DNA of 60,850 bases from a virus. Taxonomy: Duplodnaviria > Caudoviricetes. The position numbers and the translations under genes were made by a program. The DNA lies in the IMG/VR virus record IMGVR_UViG_3300033149_001248, positions 1 through 60,850 of that record; one strand, written 5' to 3'. Shown here piece by piece: positions 45,591-54,869 of this stretch (position 1 is the stretch's first letter; the number at the start of each line of letters is the position of its first letter). The notes below the pieces were generated by a model that was not told where the DNA came from, did not search any database, and saw only the letters and a program-made list of their open reading frames with translations.

Positions 45591-46019
45591 CTACGGGGCG
45601 GGGGTCTCCTGCTGCTGTTGCTGGGCGGCCAACTCCCGCCGTCCGCTAGGGGAGTCGAGGATGGCTTTGACGATGGCCTTGGTATCCGTCGGATGCTTTT
45701 CATCGAGCATCTGGGGGAGAACGTCGTAAAAGCACGGACGGATCAGGTCCAGGAACTTCTCATGCTTGTCCTCGGCCTGCATGATCTCCAACCGCAACTG
45801 TCGAATCTTTTGGACGGCTCCGCTGACGTTGATAGCGCTAATCGAACGGAAAACGTCCGCTAGCCGGTGAAGTTTTTTCGACGCCAACCAGCCAGCGAAC
45901 TCGCCGACTTCCTCTTGCCATACGTCAACGGTTTTGTCAACCGCGAGCAGTTTCTTCACTAGCAGGTAGGCGACCACCGCCGCCAAAACCGCGATAGCGA
46001 TGGTTTGAAGATTAAACAT
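45591..46019 (-). CDS. Membrane-anchored hypothetical protein
   Basis: N-terminal TM helix. Confidence 0.55.
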   Translation of the reverse strand: MFNLQTIAIAVLAAVVAYLLVKKLLAVDKTVDVWQEEVGEFAGWLASKKLHRLADVFRSISAINVSGAVQKIRQLRLEIMQAEDKHEKFLDLIRPCFYDVLPQMLDEKHPTDTKAIVKAILDSPSGRRELAAQQQQQETPAP

Positions 46020-46043
46020 AACGTGTCTCCTTGAGGGTTAGAG

Positions 46044-46736
46044 TCAACCACGAAAACGGAAAGCACCGAGCAGGTGCTGTACGACGGGAACAACCGCCCC
46101 TACCAACGCTCCGATAGCCCCCAGCCAAATCGGAGCCAACGGGTTCCCCGCGTCCGGTCGGGTAGCGTCGAGGTCCGGCACAGGCGTTACGTCCGGCTTC
46201 GGCTCAGGCTCCGGTTTCGGTTCCGGTTCGGGTTCGGGAGTAGGCTTCGGCCTTCGCCACGGGCAAACGTAGATAGGCCGCGCTCGCCACAGCCTCAACA
46301 GAGGGCCAGCAACCCGCTCCCCGTCGAGCGTCGGGCCGGATTGCTTAACCAGAATCTGCCCGTCGCTTCGCTGAACGAGCAAGCAGGGAAACTCGGTCAC
46401 AACCGAGCGGAACCGGGTTCGGTAGATGGACGACTCGGGGGTGTAAATATGAAAGTGGGTTTGGGCCTTAAGGCTTCGCAAAGCCGGGTCGGCCTCGAAC
46501 ATCGCAACCAACTGACGTTCGTTCGCCCGGCTCCGCCAATCGGAGTGGAGGAACAAACTCACGTGGTAGGCTTCCCCGTCATCGGGCAATTCGATGATCG
46601 CCGATTGGACGGGAACGTTTTGGCCGTAGGATATCACGTGATCGATCACCTGGTTCTGCTGATACTGAACGTACATGAGCCCCAAGACGGCTCCGCTCAG
46701 CGCCAGCAGCGCTACCACCAACGTCCAACCTCTCAT
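46044..46736 (-). CDS. Membrane protein with two TM segments and PEPK repeat linker
   Basis: Start MRGWTL after GGAG; PTPEPEPEPKPEPEPKP. Confidence 0.55.
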   Translation of the reverse strand: MRGWTLVVALLALSGAVLGLMYVQYQQNQVIDHVISYGQNVPVQSAIIELPDDGEAYHVSLFLHSDWRSRANERQLVAMFEADPALRSLKAQTHFHIYTPESSIYRTRFRSVVTEFPCLLVQRSDGQILVKQSGPTLDGERVAGPLLRLWRARPIYVCPWRRPKPTPEPEPEPKPEPEPKPDVTPVPDLDATRPDAGNPLAPIWLGAIGALVGAVVPVVQHLLGAFRFRG

Positions 46737-46752
46737 AGCTCGGTCTCCTGGT

Positions 46753-47394
46753 TCAAGGGTAGGTCCACGGCCGACTAGGCCACGGACTATAAACGGGTAC
46801 CAACGCCTTGCCCCCGTAGGCTTTCCACTGATGAACAAACACCCCTTTGGGGATGTACTCTAGCCGGTGCGGGTAGTTGTTATCGCAGATAACGGCGTAG
46901 GTTCGGCCGTCCCGCTCGACGTAGCCGAAGAAACTCACTGCATGGAGGGGCTTGTAGTGAATCGCCGCTCCCCTTCGGGTTCGGCTAGCCCACTCCAGTA
47001 GCCTCTCATCCCCCGTAGTAGTCCAGGCGTAACGCAACCCTAACCGCTCGCTGATTCGGGCTAGGTCCGATACGCTGGCTGCTCCGCCGTAGGTTCGGCG
47101 CCAACGGTCGGCTAGGTCGTCTAGGCCCTGCCAGCGAAGGATCGTGATCAGCGATGCGTGCATACACGAACCGCCCCCGTAATTTCGCTGCCGTAGCTCG
47201 GGGGGTAGGTCCACGGGGGGCAGCGCTCGGTAGGCCGGGGGTATCGCGTCGGCCGGAGCCCAGCCCGGCACCCCCGAAACCCCGAAACGGCCCTCTAGGC
47301 CCCCTAGGACGGCCAACAACACAATCCCTGCGGCCCCTAGGCCGATTAGGCCGGGGAGCGGGTGATTGGGGCTATGGCGGTCTAACAGGGCCAT
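46753..47394 (-). CDS. Membrane-anchored papain-fold (C39-like) cysteine peptidase
   Basis: GGSCMHAS...LHAV...DNN catalytic pattern; N-terminal TM. Confidence 0.6.
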   Translation of the reverse strand: MALLDRHSPNHPLPGLIGLGAAGIVLLAVLGGLEGRFGVSGVPGWAPADAIPPAYRALPPVDLPPELRQRNYGGGSCMHASLITILRWQGLDDLADRWRRTYGGAASVSDLARISERLGLRYAWTTTGDERLLEWASRTRRGAAIHYKPLHAVSFFGYVERDGRTYAVICDNNYPHRLEYIPKGVFVHQWKAYGGKALVPVYSPWPSRPWTYP

Positions 47395-47405
47395 CGGCGT
47401 TTCTC

Positions 47406-47972
47406 CTACGGGATCAGGGTCCAACGATACTCTAGCAGCGCGCTACGGGCTAGGTCGGCCGGTTCCGTAAGCCGGTCGGCCAGTCTCGGCACCGGGTCCA
47501 CTCCGCCGTAAACCCGTAGGGCGGTAGCTACGGCCTGGGAGCAAAACGGGGGCCGCTTCCCGACCGCGTTGTCGTCTAGCTCTGGGCGAACGAACAACCG
47601 GATTAGCGGTAAGTGGAGGGTAGCGGCGTGAAGTAACCCTAACCAACCGTAGCTACAACCGCAAAGGCTACGCATATATCGAACGGCCCTAGCCCGGTCA
47701 ACGTTTGGCTCCGTAAGGCGGTAAACGTCTATGCGCCCCGGCCGTTGACGAACATAGCGTTCTAGGCTAACGGCACGGCCCCCATAAAAGCCAGTAACCT
47801 CTAGCACGAACGGGTCGCCGTCCCATGTGGCGTACATCCCGGCGTGGCTATAGATACTACGGCCCGCAACGGCTATCAGCCCCGGACGGCGGAAAAGCAG
47901 AACGTCGCCGTCCTGGGCTTCCCGGTGGACCAGCTGGGCGGATAGGTAGCGGGGATGGAGGGGGCTGTGCAT
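47406..47972 (-). CDS. Permuted NlpC/P60 (YiiX/YebB-like) amidase
   Basis: DGDVLLFR, YSHAG, FCSQAV, EPADL. Confidence 0.8.
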   Translation of the reverse strand: MHSPLHPRYLSAQLVHREAQDGDVLLFRRPGLIAVAGRSIYSHAGMYATWDGDPFVLEVTGFYGGRAVSLERYVRQRPGRIDVYRLTEPNVDRARAVRYMRSLCGCSYGWLGLLHAATLHLPLIRLFVRPELDDNAVGKRPPFCSQAVATALRVYGGVDPVPRLADRLTEPADLARSALLEYRWTLIP

Positions 47973-47974
47973 AA

Positions 47975-48358
47975 CTATCTCACCGTAGGCATCGAGTCAT
48001 GGTAGCGGGTAAGCAACGCTTGGACGCAAGCGCCCCGCCCGTTCACTCTAGGAACGGAACGGACGCCCGCTACTCGGAACAGGTCCGACGTGGGGGTACT
48101 TCCGGCTAGGTCAACGAGCGTTCCCTTCCAGACGATAGCTCCTAGGGGTAAGGGGTTTTGGAGTATGATGCTGGCCTCGATCTGAACGGGTTCGCCCGTC
48201 GGGTTTTGAATCAACCGGCTTTCCCATTCCCATCGGCATAGGTACTCTTCACCGTCTTCGAGAACGGGGCGACCGTAACGATCACGGCTAGTCCGCTGCC
48301 AGACCACTACAGTATCGGTTAACCGTCTAGTCCAGGCGGGTTTAGTTGCGCTCGTCAT
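47975..48358 (-). CDS. Head closure protein
   Basis: DRYGRP...CRWE; position. Confidence 0.6.
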   Translation of the reverse strand: MTSATKPAWTRRLTDTVVVWQRTSRDRYGRPVLEDGEEYLCRWEWESRLIQNPTGEPVQIEASIILQNPLPLGAIVWKGTLVDLAGSTPTSDLFRVAGVRSVPRVNGRGACVQALLTRYHDSMPTVR

Positions 48359-48767
48359 AGGTCAATTGCTCCGACTCCGTTTTGCCTAACCAGGCCGCTC
48401 CGGCTCGGGCGCCAGTTTCTACCCGCCGACTGAGGGCAGCTAGTCGGCCCGATACATCTAGGAGAATTGCCCTCTGGCCGTGCTGAGTAGCTGACAGCCC
48501 GTAGCCGGTGCGGCCCTGGTAGGTGGCGGTGGCAGCCCCGACGCGCTCGGCCTGGAGGGGGAGGTCGGTGGCTTGGTAAAAGTGGGCGGCTAGGTAGGCT
48601 TCGATCTCGGTTAGCAGGGTAGCGTTCAACTGGTCTCCGCCGTCTTCGCTCGCCAACCAATCGGTTAGGGCTTCGGCAGCGGACATGAACGGTTCCAGGT
48701 CGGTCGAGCCGTCCCAAAGGGAACCCAGTACCTGTTGAACCTTGCTAACCGATGCGCGCCTAGTCAT
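48342..48767 (-). CDS. Head-tail adaptor
   Basis: IEAYLAAHF...GLSATQHGQRAILLDVSG. Confidence 0.7.
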   Translation of the reverse strand: MTRRASVSKVQQVLGSLWDGSTDLEPFMSAAEALTDWLASEDGGDQLNATLLTEIEAYLAAHFYQATDLPLQAERVGAATATYQGRTGYGLSATQHGQRAILLDVSGRLAALSRRVETGARAGAAWLGKTESEQLTYDERN

Positions 48768-49062
48768 TATCGCCCTCTGAGGTTTCGGGGGTTTCGGCCG
48801 GGTTTTGGAGGCGATGGACGATAGCCTGAATCAGCGCGGGCTTCGATGCTCGCTGGGGGATATTAGCCCCCAACCGGGTAGCGTATTCCCGCAGCTGACT
48901 CGTGCTCAGAGCCTCTAGGGCTTCGGCCGAATAGACGGCTTCAAACTTAGGGGGGCCACCCCTATTCAGTCGGGTCAAATCGGTTCGGCTAAAGACCAAT
49001 TCCCCCGTCTGATAGGTGCGGCCCCCTTCCCGGTGAAGTCCGATCAAAACGCGATACAACAT
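48760..49062 (-). CDS. Capsid-adjacent protein with HeH/Rho-N-like motif
   Basis: LSTSQLREYATRLG.NIP..ASKPALIQAI. Confidence 0.6.
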   Translation of the reverse strand: MLYRVLIGLHREGGRTYQTGELVFSRTDLTRLNRGGPPKFEAVYSAEALEALSTSQLREYATRLGANIPQRASKPALIQAIVHRLQNPAETPETSEGDND

Positions 49063-49089
49063 TGCTCCACTCCATAGTAGCTAGGAACG

Positions 49090-50271
49090 TCAGCTGGTCG
49101 TGGCATGAACGATTCCGCAATTGCCGTTGTAGTCGGCCCGTAGTTGCGGAACCATGATCGCCATCACCTTGAAGTGCAACTCCATACCGCCTTTTGTCTC
49201 CCACTGAACGGTGGTCAGGTCCATGCCGATAACGGCTCGGGCTACGTCGGCCGTCATCTGAACCATCACCAGAGAAAACGTATCGGTGAAAAAGTCCAGA
49301 CGGCGGACCCCCTGAATGCCCTCGATAGCGGCTAGCCGTTGACGAAGCGTCATGTTCGTTCCGGCTACTCCGGCCGACGGGTCGCCCTTAACGTAATCGT
49401 CGTCCAGGTACGTGTCCCAGTCGCTGCTGTGGTACAGCATGAACGGGCCATAGTATTTGGCGTTGTAGAGCAGCTGGCGCATCTCCAGCACTTCGCTCAA
49501 CAACGTTTCGGGCTTCCAACCGGAGTCGGTCGGGGCGGTGAGGTCCGTCTTCGTGATACGGTTCGGAAAGTTGGTGTAACCGTACACCGTGGGGCTTCGG
49601 CCGTAGTCGTTGCTGTTCCCGTAGGTAAGGCCGGTGACGGAACCGATCAGGGTTTTCTCGATCATCTCCGCTACCCGGCGCCCGGCAATCTCCGCCTTGA
49701 CGGTATCGAGCGGGGTGTTTCCGTTTCGGGAAACGGCCAGGCGTCGGCTACTGAAGCTGAAGTCGAAGTGGGTAATCGGCAGGGGCAGGCCTTCCAGCTG
49801 GAACAGCACGTTCGTATCCTGGCTTTCGCTCAAACCGTCCATGTCCACGACGGCTTCGCCCGGATCGTTCATAGTCTCGTGTTCCAGGATCATCCGGCTC
49901 ATGCCGTCGAACCCGCCGAACGTATTAGCGGCGGCCAAGTCGGCCCAGGCCCGCAACCGCTCCCGGGCGGCCCGGAGAACGGCCGTATCGAGCATGATCC
50001 ACTCATCCTTGCGCAACGTAGTAGCGTTGAGAACCGGGTGGTAGATACCCTGGTTCATTACCTCTTGAACCAGGCGTTTCTCATAGACCGGCTCCATACG
50101 CTGTCGTTCCTCGTTCCAGCGCATACGGCCGGTGTTAACCGTCACGCAGGGGCGGCCCTTTTCATCGAAGTAGGGCCGGAGCAAACCAGGGTCGTAACGA
50201 ACCTGGCCCAAGGCGTTGCCCACGGGTCCGTGGGGTCGGCCGTTAAGCACGTAATCGTTGAACACAAACAT
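49090..50271 (-). CDS. Major capsid protein (HK97 fold, encapsulin/linocin-like)
   Basis: TLRKDEW..LD.AV, LPLPITHFDF, YGYTNFPNR, FKVMAIMVPQLR. Confidence 0.85.
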   Translation of the reverse strand: MFVFNDYVLNGRPHGPVGNALGQVRYDPGLLRPYFDEKGRPCVTVNTGRMRWNEERQRMEPVYEKRLVQEVMNQGIYHPVLNATTLRKDEWIMLDTAVLRAARERLRAWADLAAANTFGGFDGMSRMILEHETMNDPGEAVVDMDGLSESQDTNVLFQLEGLPLPITHFDFSFSSRRLAVSRNGNTPLDTVKAEIAGRRVAEMIEKTLIGSVTGLTYGNSNDYGRSPTVYGYTNFPNRITKTDLTAPTDSGWKPETLLSEVLEMRQLLYNAKYYGPFMLYHSSDWDTYLDDDYVKGDPSAGVAGTNMTLRQRLAAIEGIQGVRRLDFFTDTFSLVMVQMTADVARAVIGMDLTTVQWETKGGMELHFKVMAIMVPQLRADYNGNCGIVHATTS

Positions 50272-50309
50272 AGGGGTCTCCTTGATTGCTGGTTAGGTTC
50301 TGGGGGGAA

Positions 50310-50792
50310 TCAGTAGCCGGTGAACATACAGCGAACCAACGTGCCTTCCGCCGTTACGTCGGACACGGCCTCCATAGCCATGAACGGTTCGCACTCGGGG
50401 GTTCCCGTAGTCGTGATCAGCAGACCCGTTCCGTCATCGGGAATAGCCAGGTCGCCGATAGCCACACTATCGCCGGTTCCGGTTCCGGCAGCGCTCCAGA
50501 GCACGTTCAATTCTTCGCCCGGCAACGGAGCGTAAACGAACACTCGGTCGCCGTCTGAGTAGCTGTCCGAGTAGGTTTTGCCCTGAAGCGTATCTTCGAG
50601 CACCACGAAGAACGGCCCCTGAGGCCGGTTTCCGTCGGCGTCACGATTGTACTTTTCAAACACGGGGCGACCGCTCACAAGGTCGGTGGCCTTGATCTGC
50701 ACGATCATACCCGGCTTGAGGGTTCCAGAGGCTTTGCCCTCCAGAAACACGCCTCTGGGGTGAGACGATACCATGATTCCGGTGCCGTACAT
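50310..50792 (-). CDS. Capsid decoration/cement protein
   Basis: EGKASGTLKPG...LEDTLQGKT..D.Y..GD; directly upstream of MCP. Confidence 0.65.
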   Translation of the reverse strand: MYGTGIMVSSHPRGVFLEGKASGTLKPGMIVQIKATDLVSGRPVFEKYNRDADGNRPQGPFFVVLEDTLQGKTYSDSYSDGDRVFVYAPLPGEELNVLWSAAGTGTGDSVAIGDLAIPDDGTGLLITTTGTPECEPFMAMEAVSDVTAEGTLVRCMFTGY

Positions 50793-50829
50793 TTGTTGGC
50801 TCCTGTTAGGTTAGAGGTTCGGTTAGGGG

Positions 50830-52567
50830 TCACTTATCTGAGAACACCAAGCTAGGCAACGGCAGGAACGATGCGCGGTCCTGCTCATCCATCTCCCGGT
50901 TGACCGTCGGGGGCGGGGTAGCCGCTCCGGCCCAGTTAGCAACCGGCATCGGTTCCGGTTTCGGTTCCGGCGGAGCAACGGCGTCGAGCAGCTGAACATC
51001 TCGCTCCAGGTCTTCCAGGCTCCGCTCGTTCAATCGCTTAACGTGTTCGGCCTTTTGGGTCTCGTCTTTGACGTTAGCCGTCAACCGCTCGATCAGCTGC
51101 TGCTTTCGCTTGGCCTTTTCGTTACGGGCGAAAGCAATGTCCTCACGGATCGACTCCGGCGCGGCGGCCAACCATTCTTCCTCGGTCATGGGCTTAGTCT
51201 CCTTGGCGTTGCCCGTAGGTTTCTGGGGGGAATCGGTGGGGGCGGGTTCGACGTTCTCCGCCAGCAGCCCCCGGCGGGGGCGGGTTCGACGTTCTCCGCC
51301 AGCAGCCCCCGGCGTTTGGCTTCGCTAAGCAACACCTCATCGCTTAGCTGTTCGGGGGTGAGCGGGGCGGGTTCGCCCTGGTTAGCCGTAGTCTTGGCCT
51401 GGTTCGTCTTCAACGACTTCGCCAAGCGTTTCAGCACGGCGCCGTCCAGCTTACTAAGCAGGGGGCGGTCCGCCTCGGTCCAGCAACAATCATCGTTGCT
51501 GTTCTTGATCAAATAGTCGATCATCTCTTGCTTAGTCACGGGGTTTCTCCTGTTTCTGAGGATAGAGGGAAGGTCTTTAGTGGTTTTCTTCGGATTGAAC
51601 TTGAGCCAGGCTTTTCGTACCCGGCTTTTGACGGCCTTCAGCTGGTCTCGGGGGATACGTACCTTGCGGCCTCGATAGCCTTTGCTTTGCCTAGAGCAGC
51701 CACGGCCGCGGCTACGTGGGCCTTATCGTGAATCGGTAGTTTCCAGGTCGATGGTTTCTCGGGGTCGGGAACGTAGGCAAACTTATCGGCGGTCAACCGC
51801 TTTCCACCCACCGTCTTAGTCGGGGCGTTGGTACGCATGCCCGTATCAACTAGCTTTTCTCGATTCAACGAGTGGACGTGACTCGGGTCGCCCGCTCGTC
51901 GAACCTTGAAGTCAGCGATCTGATGCATATGGCCGTCCTCCCAATTAGTCCAACCGTAGCCGTCCGGGTCAACGGTTATGGTATGGGCATGATCGTTACT
52001 GGTTCCCGTTCGACCCATAAGTACGGGGCCGGAATTAAACACACCGCAGCCGTCTTTCACGGAACAGGCTCCTACGCTATCGGGGAGCAGGGCTAGGTGG
52101 TCGGGTTGGTAGTCTCGCGCGATAGCCCAATAGGGGGCGTTCGGCGGGGCCGGTTCGTTTCGGGTGAATAGCCCCGTTGATAGCTCGATAGGTTCCCCTT
52201 CGATGAACCGTTGATAGAGGCCCAGTTGCTTGAGTCTCTGCTCGTCAAAGTAACCGTAGGCCCTTAGCCGTCCGTCCGGCTCAACCCAGGGGCGTCGAAC
52301 CATACCCAAACGCACTTCGGCCGGAGCATCACTAGCCGATACGAAAGAGCCGTCTAGAGGGTCACTAGGATGGTTCAGCGTAATCGGCACCCCGTCCCAG
52401 CGACTAACCGAAGCGCGCACCTCATCGGCCGGGTAGTACAAAGGCCCGTGGCTTCCGTTCAACACCCCCGGAACGATCAGGGTCATAGGGGCGACTAGGT
52501 AGCGCTTACCCCGATAGACTACCCGTTTCAAAGACTTACCACTATAGTTGACTACAACCCGTTCCAT
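50830..52567 (-). CDS. DUF2213-type prohead protease-scaffold, split into three ORFs (51638-52567, 51186-51539, 50830-51189) by 5-bp and 38-bp duplications
   Basis: PITLNHP, ELSTG, PDHLALLP..GACS..DGCG; removing both duplications gives one 564-aa frame. Confidence 0.75.
51238..51313. repeat. Exact 38-bp tandem duplication
   Basis: GGGGGCGGGTTCGACGTTCTCCGCCAGCAGCCCCCGGC x2. Confidence 0.95.
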
Positions 52568-52574
52568 ACCATGG

Positions 52575-52602
52575 AGTATAAGGTGCTTCCACCAGGCGTC
52601 AA
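52575..52602 (-). promoter_or_regulatory. Promoter TTGACG-16-TATACT for head/tail genes
   Basis: Ends a few bases upstream of the protease ATG. Confidence 0.6.
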
Positions 52603-52650
52603 AGGTTTCTTCACCGACTTTTAACCCCCTAGATTAGCGTTAGAGGATTA

Positions 52651-52929
52651 TCAATCCGGTTCCGACCGACTAATGAGCATCACTAGTCGATACGTAGATT
52701 GACGCCTAGCCCCATGGTATTCGCAGAGAATATCCAACCCGTAGGGCCGTATCCGAGAACGTAGTTGGCTTAGGTGTACCTTTAGACTTTCCGCCCCGCT
52801 ATTAGGATCATACAGACATCGAATCAACTCCCGCCTATAGTGACTTTCGCCGTCCAGCAGGACCTCTAGTAGCCTTCGCTGAGTAGGCGATAGCCGCTCT
52901 AATCCCCTTAGCTCGATCCGTATGCTCAT
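52651..52929 (-). CDS. Winged-helix (OmpR C-terminal-like) regulator
   Basis: LSPTQRRLLEVL...SLKVHLSQLRSRI. Confidence 0.75.
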   Translation of the reverse strand: MSIRIELRGLERLSPTQRRLLEVLLDGESHYRRELIRCLYDPNSGAESLKVHLSQLRSRIRPYGLDILCEYHGARRQSTYRLVMLISRSEPD

Positions 52930-53417
52930 CCCGCCGTTCCCCTCATCCTACGGTTTAACCGCTCCCTCCACATAGGATACTCCAAACGGTACTCATCATC
53001 TTCCCCCGTCACTTTCGCCCTACGCACCCCCGTAGCCCAGAACCCTACGCTAGACAGGAACAGCTGGACCCCTAGCAACCGCTCCGGCACGTAGGCCACG
53101 ATACCTTCCACCCCCCGTTCCGACGCTTTCAAAATCAACCGCCGTATCAGCACCGTTCCGCAGCCCCTTCGCCGATACTTCGGGTCAATCACTATCCGCT
53201 CTAGTCGTACCCACCGTTTCGCCCCTTCCCAAGTCGGCCGATAGACCAGATAGCCGACCGCCACGCCCCCTACTTCCATCACCGACCCGTTCGCCCCGAT
53301 AGGTCTTAGAGCGCGGCGCAACCGCTTCATATCCCAGGGGTCATCCGTTCCCCGTCGCTCGATGTCTAGAATACGCTCGATATGCCTTCGGTTGAACTTC
53401 GGTTGCTGTAGTTGCAT
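52926..53417 (-). CDS. GNAT acetyltransferase (RimI-like)
   Basis: IDPKYRRRGCGT acetyl-CoA motif; QLFLSSVGF. Confidence 0.85.
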   Translation of the reverse strand: MQLQQPKFNRRHIERILDIERRGTDDPWDMKRLRRALRPIGANGSVMEVGGVAVGYLVYRPTWEGAKRWVRLERIVIDPKYRRRGCGTVLIRRLILKASERGVEGIVAYVPERLLGVQLFLSSVGFWATGVRRAKVTGEDDEYRLEYPMWRERLNRRMRGTAG

Positions 53418-53449
53418 AGCTTCCCTCCGTGACCCACGCCATTAGAATC

Positions 53450-54523
53450 CTAGACCAACCGATCTGCCCCCAGCCATCGGCTTTTCTCCAATCCCCCTTC
53501 CGGCTCGACGCTGCGCAATACCCGCCCCCGGATACCCCGGCGGGTGGCTACCCGGCCTTTGACTTTTCCTTCGCCTACGTAGGCCGGGATCCAAGCGCAG
53601 CGACATTGAGGGTGACGGGGAATCATCCCCCTCGCCTCGTGAATCGGAAGCGTTACCCCGTCTAGCGCAGTACAGAGGGGGCAGGTCCGCCCATCCTTCG
53701 TAATCTCCCATTCGACCATAACCCCTACCCGATCAACCCCTAGGGCCTCTAGACCGTCTAGTTGGCCTTCGGCGTGCGCCCGTATGATCTCCGTTCGTGC
53801 GATGATAACGGCCCGGCGTTTTCCAATCCCGTCGATCTGCTCTTTGATAGCGCGGGCTATCGTTTTCGGATTCTGACCAGCCACTAGCCCGTCGGCCAAT
53901 ACCCGTTTGACCGTAGTAGCCATGGCTTGAGTAGCCCCTTTAAGGTCCATGAACGTTCGAGCCGCTAGCGTCTTTACCCGCTCGACGGCTATGGGCTGTC
54001 CGAAAGCCATCTCCAAAAAGTCTTCCCTCGTTCCGTAGTACCACTCTAATGGAGCGTCGGTCCCATAGGCTTTGACGCGCTGCATACGATGTACGTCATC
54101 AAACGCTCGACCCATCCCCTTTCGGTAGCCCTCTTCAACGTAGGCTTGCCAGTAGTCTTGGTCAACGAGAACATCCCTCGATATTCTAGATTCCAACCAC
54201 CGTTCAAACTCCGCTAGCTGCTCGGGGGTAGTAGCGAACTGCCAACGGGTGTGGGTTACCAGGCCGAAGGCGTTTTCCTCGACTATTAGCTGATCGATGG
54301 CTTGCTTTAGCCGATCAAACCGCCGTCTTAGGTCGGCCACCATTCGTCTTCGCAACCCACTGGTCCTACTCGGATCAACCTGTAGGGGGTTGAGGTTCTG
54401 GGCTAGGATAGCACGGGCTTGGCGCAAGGCCCGTTCCTTAGCCCTAGGCCCTGTGTAGCAATAGCCGTGCCTTCCCCACTTCCAACCGGGTTTTCCGTCA
54501 CGTTGGCATCTCATCAACGGCAT
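53450..54523 (-). CDS. MuF/SPP1 gp7-like minor head protein
   Basis: IARTEIIRA, TCPLC, IPRHPQCRC. Confidence 0.88.
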   Translation of the reverse strand: MPLMRCQRDGKPGWKWGRHGYCYTGPRAKERALRQARAILAQNLNPLQVDPSRTSGLRRRMVADLRRRFDRLKQAIDQLIVEENAFGLVTHTRWQFATTPEQLAEFERWLESRISRDVLVDQDYWQAYVEEGYRKGMGRAFDDVHRMQRVKAYGTDAPLEWYYGTREDFLEMAFGQPIAVERVKTLAARTFMDLKGATQAMATTVKRVLADGLVAGQNPKTIARAIKEQIDGIGKRRAVIIARTEIIRAHAEGQLDGLEALGVDRVGVMVEWEITKDGRTCPLCTALDGVTLPIHEARGMIPRHPQCRCAWIPAYVGEGKVKGRVATRRGIRGRVLRSVEPEGGLEKSRWLGADRLV

Positions 54524-54533
54524 AGGTTTGCTC

Positions 54534-54869
54534 CTAAACAGCGCCCGGTCGGCGTCCGTTGTAGCGGCGGTCTTGACGAATGATCCGCACCATCACGGGC
54601 GGTAGCTCATGGACCATCCGCCTTTGGCGTTCTTCGGGAGTCCACCCCTCTTGAATCTCCAGGCATCGTTTGCGTATCTCGTCAGGCGTAGGCAAATACA
54701 CCGAGCTACTTTTGTTTAACAACCCGGTGATCTGACGGGGAGTCAACTGAAACCTCTTGGCAATCTCTAGAATCGAGACCCCCGCCTGACGCAGCTTAAC
54801 GACCTGCTCCCGCTGTTCTTCCGTGAGCTTAGGCTTCCGGTTCTTCCGGTTGCTTCGGTTCCGGCTCAT
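54534..54869 (-). CDS. HTH protein
   Basis: KLTEEQ...GVSILEIAKRFQLT. Confidence 0.65.
   Translation of the reverse strand: MSRNRSNRKNRKPKLTEEQREQVVKLRQAGVSILEIAKRFQLTPRQITGLLNKSSSVYLPTPDEIRKRCLEIQEGWTPEERQRRMVHELPPVMVRIIRQDRRYNGRRPGAV

Noticed and set aside
49339-50316. Long plus-strand ORFs opposite the capsid gene (also 14426-15073 and 46074-46778)
   Set aside because: Antisense shadows of GC-biased real genes; no motifs or RBS
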